DNA from: Octopus vulgaris
Lineage: Eukaryota
Direction: 5' to 3'
NCBI GenBank assembly: GCA_951406725.2
Contig: OX597815.1
Coordinates: 43,958,001-44,022,000 of the forward strand
Length of the DNA stretch: 64,000 nucleotides
Shown: positions 56,227 to 64,000 of the stretch, piece by piece
Position numbering within the stretch: the stretch's first letter is position 1
Layout of the letters: each line of letters opens with the position of its first letter
The notes under the pieces: generated by a model
The model's database searches: none
What the model was told of the DNA's origin: nothing
What the model saw: the letters and a program-made list of their open reading frames with translations, nothing else
Translations under genes and position numbers: made by a program

Positions 56227-56440
56227 AAGGTGGCGAGCTGGCAGAATCGTTAGCACACCAGCCAAAATGCTTAGCACCATTTCGTCTGTCTTTATGTTCT
56301 GAGTTCAAATTCTGTCGAGGTCGACTTAACCTTTCATTCTTTCTGGGCCGATAAAGCAAGTACCAGTGGAACACTGTTGTCTATGTAATCGACTTAACCC
56401 CCTTCTCCGAACTTTCTGGCCTTGTGCCAAAATTTGGAAT
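56227..56440 (+). mobile_element. SINE family A
   Basis: aaggtggcgagctggcagaatcgttagcac head. Confidence 0.85.
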
Positions 56441-56929
56441 CAACTTTATGTGTCAGACCAGAGATCTCATCACAGACTGATGAGACCTGCTACTAGTACC
56501 ATGTAAACCAATGTCACTTGTTCCGTAGTCGGATAGTCGAATGATAGAACGTCTGTCATGTTTACGAGACCTGTGGATTCGCCCCACGGGAAGCCTTCCA
56601 CTTTTTCTGTCCAAAGAATTATTTATTATTTATAGCTTTATCACCTTCGAGTTTCATTGTTCCAGAAAAGAATCCATTCAGGACTCATCAGGTTTCTAAC
56701 TTCTTATGTCTTGAACAGCAAAGAAAGTGTTCTTACGCCACCAGATCGACAAGCAAATCCTGTTTCTTTGTAGTTGAATATTCGTAGGGGAATACAAAAT
56801 GGTTATCTGTCGTAACCTTCAAGTATTTTTAGCACAATACACTTTGTCAGCCGGATTCAGACTAGTTCACCACCCACACCTGGGTACTCAGTACGTAAGA
56901 GCCGGAGCAAATGTCGCAAAATCATCTAT

Positions 56930-57612
<683 letters not shown>

Positions 57613-57984
57613 ATTTGTCCAAGGCGCTAACAAATATGACAATCCTGTACCGCTATTTCACTTTTATTTTTATCGACATCGAAAGGATGAAAAGACCATG
57701 GTGGTGTTTGATCTCTCTTTATAAAGAGCCGGAACATATACGGACAAGCTTTTCGCTCATTGTCCGAACTTCTCACAATTTTTGTGATTCTCACCCGTTA
57801 GAAGGTATAAATAAAAAAAATGAAAAAAAAAAATTTTTTAAATCAACCAGAAACAAGTATTAATAATCAACAATAAACACAAAGTTTTCACCAACTTGAA
57901 ATGCAACATTTGTAACAAAATGAATAACAAAAGCAGCAGAAAGAAAAGCAACTCTGAGGTCAACGACAGGAATAAGTAATGCAA

Positions 57985-58320
<336 letters not shown>

Positions 58321-59494
58321 AAAAACAATACGCGAACAAGGGAGTCCCTGACAGGTCACTCGACCTGCTAGTAATGATGGCCAAGTATTCCTCAAATAAA
58401 ATTCCAGCTGTGCCAAGTAAGGAAAGGATTTGAATACATTATCCAATGTGCACATTACCTAAAGGGTGGTTATAGCAGGAATCCATTGATCTTAAATTTG
58501 TTAGATCAAGATTATCATGGAGGTGGTGGGGTCAAACAACAACAACAAAAATGCAACAACGAAATCAACTGCATAAGCATAACAACAACAACCACAATAA
58601 CGACACGGCAATAATAACTTCAAGGAAATAACAAAATGAAAAACACAATTTCAACAGCTACCACCATTACCACAGCCACCACCACCGCCACCGCCACCAC
58701 CACCACCACCACCATTTCCACCACTAACAACAGCAACAACAACAACAACAACAACAGCTACGATAACAACTGCAATGCAACAAGAAAATCGACTGCAATA
58801 AAAATATACCACAAAGGTTAGTTAAGCGGTCAATAACCTTTTCTTCACTGCTACTACTACTACCACCACGATTGTGCATTTGCAAATAATGTGCAGATGC
58901 ATAAATGCAAGCTGTATGTGCAGTTTGTGTCACCTAACCTATTTACTGTAATTTCACCTTCTAGATCACATGCAAATGCTGACATGTACCCGCACATATG
59001 CAAACATACGTCTTAGAGTACCACCCCTTTTCATGTGCATACAAATGCAGCTTGTGCACAGTAATGCAGCATAGTGAGTCATTACTGCAGCAACACCAGC
59101 ACCAGCACCAGCACCAACATTGATATCAACATGAACGCCAATATCTACCTCTATCGCTTGCACTGTCAAAACTGCCATGATTACTCATACCACTACCATT
59201 ACGGGCTTCCCAAGTCACGCCATATTTTCCCTCTACCATGTTATCACCTATTGCCATACCGGGACACAGTGCAATGTCCCATACAACCGCAATAATACTG
59301 TTATAACCGCAACCGCCAATAGGATCAACGCCAACTCCACCAACATTAACACAAACACTAATGCTGACACCTACAAAATGCCAACACCGTATACACTTCC
59401 GGAACCTCTACCATAAACACCATCACACAGATATCACCACCACTATCTACAACTAATTTCAACGTGGCTGCTATTACTGGTACTACCACTACCT

Positions 59495-60030
59495 GTGAAG
59501 TCGCATGGATTAGTGGTTAGAGCAGTGGTTTTCAACCAGGGTTCCGCGGAACCTTAGGGTTCCGCCAGTACAGTCCAGGGGTTCCACAAGAAGTTACAAA
59601 ACTGCTAAAATCGGCAGTAATTTTTAATTCTCCTGTGCAGATATGTGTGCATAAGACGATTAAATTATTGCACAGGGGTTTCCCGAGCCAGCGGAATGTT
59701 TCCTTGGGGTTCTGCTCCAGCAAAAAGTTTGAAAAGCACTGGGTTAGAGAGTCAGGTTCACAATCATGAGGTAATGAGTCCGATTCCCAGACCGGGCTGT
59801 GCGTTGTGTTCACTGAGCTGTAGAAATGAGATGTGACGTCACTGGTGCCAAGCTGTATCGGCTTTTGCCTATCTCTGGGATAATACCAGTGGCGTGGAGA
59901 GGGGATGCTAGTATGCATGGGCGACTGCTGGTCTTCCACAAAAATAAACTTGCCAGAACTTGTTCCTCGGAGGGGAACTTTCTACATGCAATCCCATGGT
60001 CATTTATGACCGAAAGGGAGTTTTACTCTT
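59495..60030 (+). mobile_element. tRNA-type SINE (family D-like head) interrupted by a hAT MITE
   Basis: gcatggattagtggttagag|agtcagg..ccgattcccagaccggg; 3' part homologous to 48960-49148. Confidence 0.8.
59523..59741. mobile_element. hAT (Charlie-like) MITE
   Basis: TIRs cagtggttttcaa / ttgaaaagcactg; perfect 8-bp TSD GGTTAGAG at 59515-59522 and 59742-59749. Confidence 0.92.
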
Positions 60031-60131
60031 TACCACCAACAAGTGCCAACATCATCGCCGCTACCAGCACAACCATCGTAGTCCCCATCACAACCAGCAA
60101 AAACCAAATACAACCACCAAATGTAACTACT

Positions 60132-60350
60132 TACGAAGAGGTGCTGAAATGTTTCTGACGGTTTAAAGGAATCGCGAAAGGCCTGGCTGGGGGCCTAGCC
60201 TTCCGAGTTCTTTTACAGGGCTTAGAAAAACTGAATGACCGCTGTAAAAAATGCTTGAATCTGAGAGGGGAATATGCTGAATAAAATAATTAACTGATTC
60301 TCCTTTATTTTCTTTTACCCAAAGCCAGTAACTTTTCAGCACTTCGTCGT
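60132..60350 (+). mobile_element. Mariner-derived MITE
   Basis: TA-flanked TIRs tacgaagaggtgctgaaa / ttttcagcacttcgtcgta. Confidence 0.8.
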
Positions 60351-60445
60351 ATGTATGTATGTATGTATGTATGTATGTATGTATGTATGTATGTATGTAT
60401 GTATGTATGTATGTATGTATGTATGTATGCATGTATGTATGTATG

Positions 60446-60626
60446 TACGAAGGGATGCTGAAAACTTCCTGACTTTAAGGAAAGGCCTGGTTGGGGGCTC
60501 AGCCTTCAGAGTACTTTTAGAGGGTTTGGAAAAACTGAAGGACTGTTGCAATAAGTGTGTGAATCTGAGAAGGAAATATGTTCAATGAAACCATAATTTA
60601 CTGTATTTTCAGCCCACTTCGTCGGA
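60446..60626 (+). mobile_element. Mariner-derived MITE, second copy
   Basis: tacgaagggatgctgaaaacttcctg..ttttcagcccacttcgtcg; internal LEKLKDCCNKCVNL..YVQ*. Confidence 0.8.
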
Positions 60627-60695
60627 TATGAAAAAAAAATCCACCGATAGCACCACCATCACCACCACCACTACTACTACTACAACTATGCTAAT

Positions 60696-60750
<55 letters not shown>

Positions 60751-61089
60751 CTGTGTTTGACCCACCATCACCACCACCACCACCACTTGACAACCGGTGT
60801 TGGTGTGTTTATGTCTTCGTAAATTAGCGGTTCGGCAGAAAAGTTAGACAGAATAAGTACCAGGTTTTGAAAAAAAAGGTACTGGGGTTTATTCATTCGA
60901 CTAAAATTTCTTTAAGTCGGTGCTCCAGCATGGCTGCAGTCTAATGACAAAAGGTAAAAGTAACAACAAAACAAAAACTCCTGGTAACTCCACCATCACC
61001 ACCACCACTACCACCACCATCACTATGCTAAGCTTCAACAGCATTCCTATTACTGGTACCACAATCAACCAATACCAATACCAATGTCA

Positions 61090-61770
61090 ATTTCTTTACT
61101 ACCCACAAGGGGCTAAAGATAGAGGGGACAAACAAGGACAGACAAACGGATTAAGTCGATTACATCGACCCCAGTGCGTAACTGGTACTTAATTTATCGA
61201 CCCCGAAAGGATGAAAGGCAAAGTCGACCTCGGAGGAATTCGAACTCAGAACGTAACGGCAGACGAAATACGGCTACGCATTTCGCCCGGCGTGCTAACG
61301 TTTCTGCCAGCAATACCTATTTCTTTACTACCCACAAGGGGCTAAACACAGAGAGGACAAACAAGGACAGACAAATGGATTAAGTCGATTACATCGACCC
61401 CAGTGCTTAACTGGTACTTAATTTATCGACCCCGAAGGGATGAAAGGCAAAGTCGACCTCGGCGGAATTCGAACTCAGAACGTAACGGCAGACGAAATAC
61501 GGCTACGCATTTCGCCCGGCGTGCTAACGTTTCTGCCAGCAATACCTATTTCTTTACTACCCACAAGGGGCTAAACACAGAGAGGACAAACAAGGACAGA
61601 CAAACGGATTAAGTCGATTATATCGACCCCAGTGCGTAACTGGTACTTATTTAATCGACCCCGAAAGGATGAAAGGCAAAGTCGACCTCGGCGGAATTTG
61701 GAACTCAGAACGTAGCGGCGGACGAAATACCGCAAAGCATTTCGCCCGGCGTGCTAACGTTTCTGCCAGC
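61090..61770 (-). mobile_element. SINE family A trimer with a 229-230-bp period
   Basis: Three near-identical units. TSD-like aataccaatgtca at 61077-61089 and aataccgatgtca at 61771-61783. Confidence 0.92.
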
Positions 61771-61895
61771 AATACCGATGTCATCGTCGCTATCAGTACG
61801 ATCACCACTGCCTCCAACACCACCAACAATCATAATCACCAAATGTAATAGTACATATAAAGAAATTAAAACAAGCTTCCGATAACACCACCACA

Positions 61896-61930
<35 letters not shown>

Positions 61931-62275
61931 CCACAACAACCAAAGCAAACATTACTTTAACACCAGACAACTGCGCAATTGTACCGTCACACCCAAACAT
62001 GACTGCATATAATTTTTATTATATAATTTCTTTTTATTTTCTTATTGTTTCTCTATATTCTCCTGGCTTAATTTCCAACCTATCACTGTTTATACCTGCC
62101 ATTTTGGTCGCTGGAATTATCTAGGTAGAACAACGACCTCTTCCTTATCGCTGCTTTGACCTGTGGGAAGTGGTGGGCGTGGTGATGGAAGAAGCAGTGC
62201 GACCGGTTAGAGACTTGGTGGTGGCGGTGTTAATAGTGGAAGTAAAGGCTATAGATAGAGGTAGTCGAGTGGAAA

Positions 62276-62276
<1 letters not shown>

Positions 62277-62314
<38 letters not shown>

Positions 62315-62373
62315 CGGTGGTGGTGGTGGTGGTGGTGGTGGTGGTGGTGGTGGTGGTAGTAGTAGTGGTGGTG

Positions 62374-62417
<44 letters not shown>

Positions 62418-62734
62418 GGTGGCGGTGGTAGTAGTAGTAGTAGTAGTAGCAGCAGCAGCAGTACTAGCAGTGCTGGTGGAACGAGTGGAGGACCTGGTGG
62501 TGGTGATGGTGGTGGTGGTAAAGATAGCGGTGGTGGCAGTAGTGGTGGTGATGGTAATGCTGGTGCTGGTGCTGGTGTTGGAGTTCGCAGACCTGCTGGT
62601 GATTGTGGTAAAAGTTGTGGTGGTAGTGGTGAGACGTATTGGTGGTGGTAAACAGGTGGCGGTGGTGATACTACTACTGCTACCGTTGCTGAACGTAGTC
62701 GTGACCGCGGTGGTGGCTGTAGGAGGAGTTGTTG

Positions 62735-62766
<32 letters not shown>

Positions 62767-63005
62767 GGTGGTGGTGGTGGTGGTGGTGGTGGAAGTGGTG
62801 GTGGTGGTGATGTAGTTGTTCATATTGTCTGTAGTGCTTGCGGCGACGGTGATGGAACTTTTTTGCGTTGTGGTTGTTGGATATAGAAGTGGTGGTGATG
62901 GTGACGGCGAAGGAGTAGTGTTCTTGATGATGGTTGGGCGGTTGCGAAGAGGAGGTAACGGTCATAGTGGTGGTGGCGGTGGTGGTGGTGGTGGTGGTGG
63001 TGGTG
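62277..63005. repeat. (GTA)n/(GTG)n/(GTT)n low-complexity tract
   Basis: Directly visible. Confidence 0.9.
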
Positions 63006-63014
63006 GGGTAATGT

Positions 63015-64000
63015 TTCTGGCATAATCATTAGCACCCCGAGCAAAATGCTTAGCGGCATTTCGTCCGTCTTTGCGTTCTGAGTTCAATTTCCGCCGAGGG
63101 GTCGAGCCTTTCGGGGTCGAGAAAATGGGTATCAGTCAAGCATTGGAATCGATATAATCGATTTGTCCCCTCCCCTAAAATTTCGAGCCTTGTGCCTTTA
63201 GTAGAAAGGATTGTTAATCGTAAAGTATAAGGCAGCGAGCTGGCAGAATCGTTAGCACACCGGGAAAATGCTTAGCGGCATTTCGTTCGTCCTTAAGTTC
63301 TGAGTTCAAATTCCACCGATGTATACTGTGCCTTTCATCCTTTTGGGGATAAAATAACTTTGCCTTTCTTCTAAAACGAGAGTTTCCAAATTGGTCAATA
63401 TCGCCCCCTGAGGTGTGGTGGGACTATTCAAGAGGTCGATAAATGCCTGAAACTGCACATCTACTTAATTAGTATTTATTTATTTTCTTATATATGCCTG
63501 GGGGTTGATATGGGGTCAAGGGTTCCATGAAGAGGTCGATGGTCTAAAAAGTTTGGGGACCTCTGATCTAAAAAGATGAAAGGCAAAGTATCAGTTGAGC
63601 ACTGGGGTCGATGTAAGCGACTTGTCCCCCACCCTCTAAAAAGTTTAAGGAACTGTGCATATTGTAGAAGCGATTATTTGCCATAAAGAAAAAGCAGCGA
63701 ATTGGCAGAATCGTTAACGCACCGAACAAAATGCTTAGCTGCATTTTGTCCTTGTTTACGTTCTGAGTTCAAATTCTGCAGAGGGCACTTAAATTTGCCC
63801 TTAATCTTTTCGGTGACGATTAAATAAACACTAAGCAAGTACTGGAGTTAATGTGATCGACTAAGCTCCCACCCCTTAAAACTGTTGCCCATGTGCCAAA
63901 AAAAAAAAAAAAGGCAGCGAGTTGGCAGAATTGTTAGCAGCCGGGCGAAATGCTTAGCAGTATTTCGTCTGCCGTTACGTTCTGAGTTCAATTTCCGCCG
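63015..64000 (+). mobile_element. Head-to-tail array of four SINE family A copies running off the window
   Basis: Heads near 63018, 63230, 63694 and 63912. Confidence 0.85.
63377..63565. mobile_element. hAT MITE inside a SINE A copy
   Basis: Ends gagagtttccaaa / tttggggacctctg; TSD ttctaaaa / atctaaaa. Confidence 0.7.

Noticed and set aside
61090-61770. Regular repeats suggesting a CRISPR array or tRNA cluster
   Set aside because: Whole units repeat with no unique spacers; they are SINE copies and no full cloverleaf is visible.
62170-62965. 238-aa ORFs on both strands (poly-V/G and poly-H/Q/P)
   Set aside because: Trinucleotide low-complexity tract, open on both strands by composition.

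Overview
Eukaryotic, AT-rich, repeat-saturated DNA with no supportable host exon. The SINE families and extreme microsatellite load point to an octopus/cephalopod genome (inference). Nearly all ORFs in the track are translated microsatellites. The real coding remnants are all transposon-derived: a Naiad-type Penelope-like RT (783-2008), a Penelope GIY-YIG (10698-11019), an R4/Dong-like LINE (39808-41482), RTE and CR1-like fragments, two Tc1 copies, a rosa/Visitor-like mariner, and Sola2-like and Academ-like pieces. There are also many tRNA-type SINEs plus hAT and mariner MITEs. The most interesting signal is non-coding: seven hammerhead-ribozyme-like motifs (two with intact cores, one with a single core change, four decayed or half), each in a short Penelope pLTR/retrozyme-like cassette next to (TA)n. 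One (49360-49417, minus strand) has an intact core, a 14-nt perfect palindrome as helix III, and lies in a ~334-bp partial tandem unit. Another sits at the turning point of a ~235-bp inverted repeat. All calls were made by eye; no searches or folding were run.
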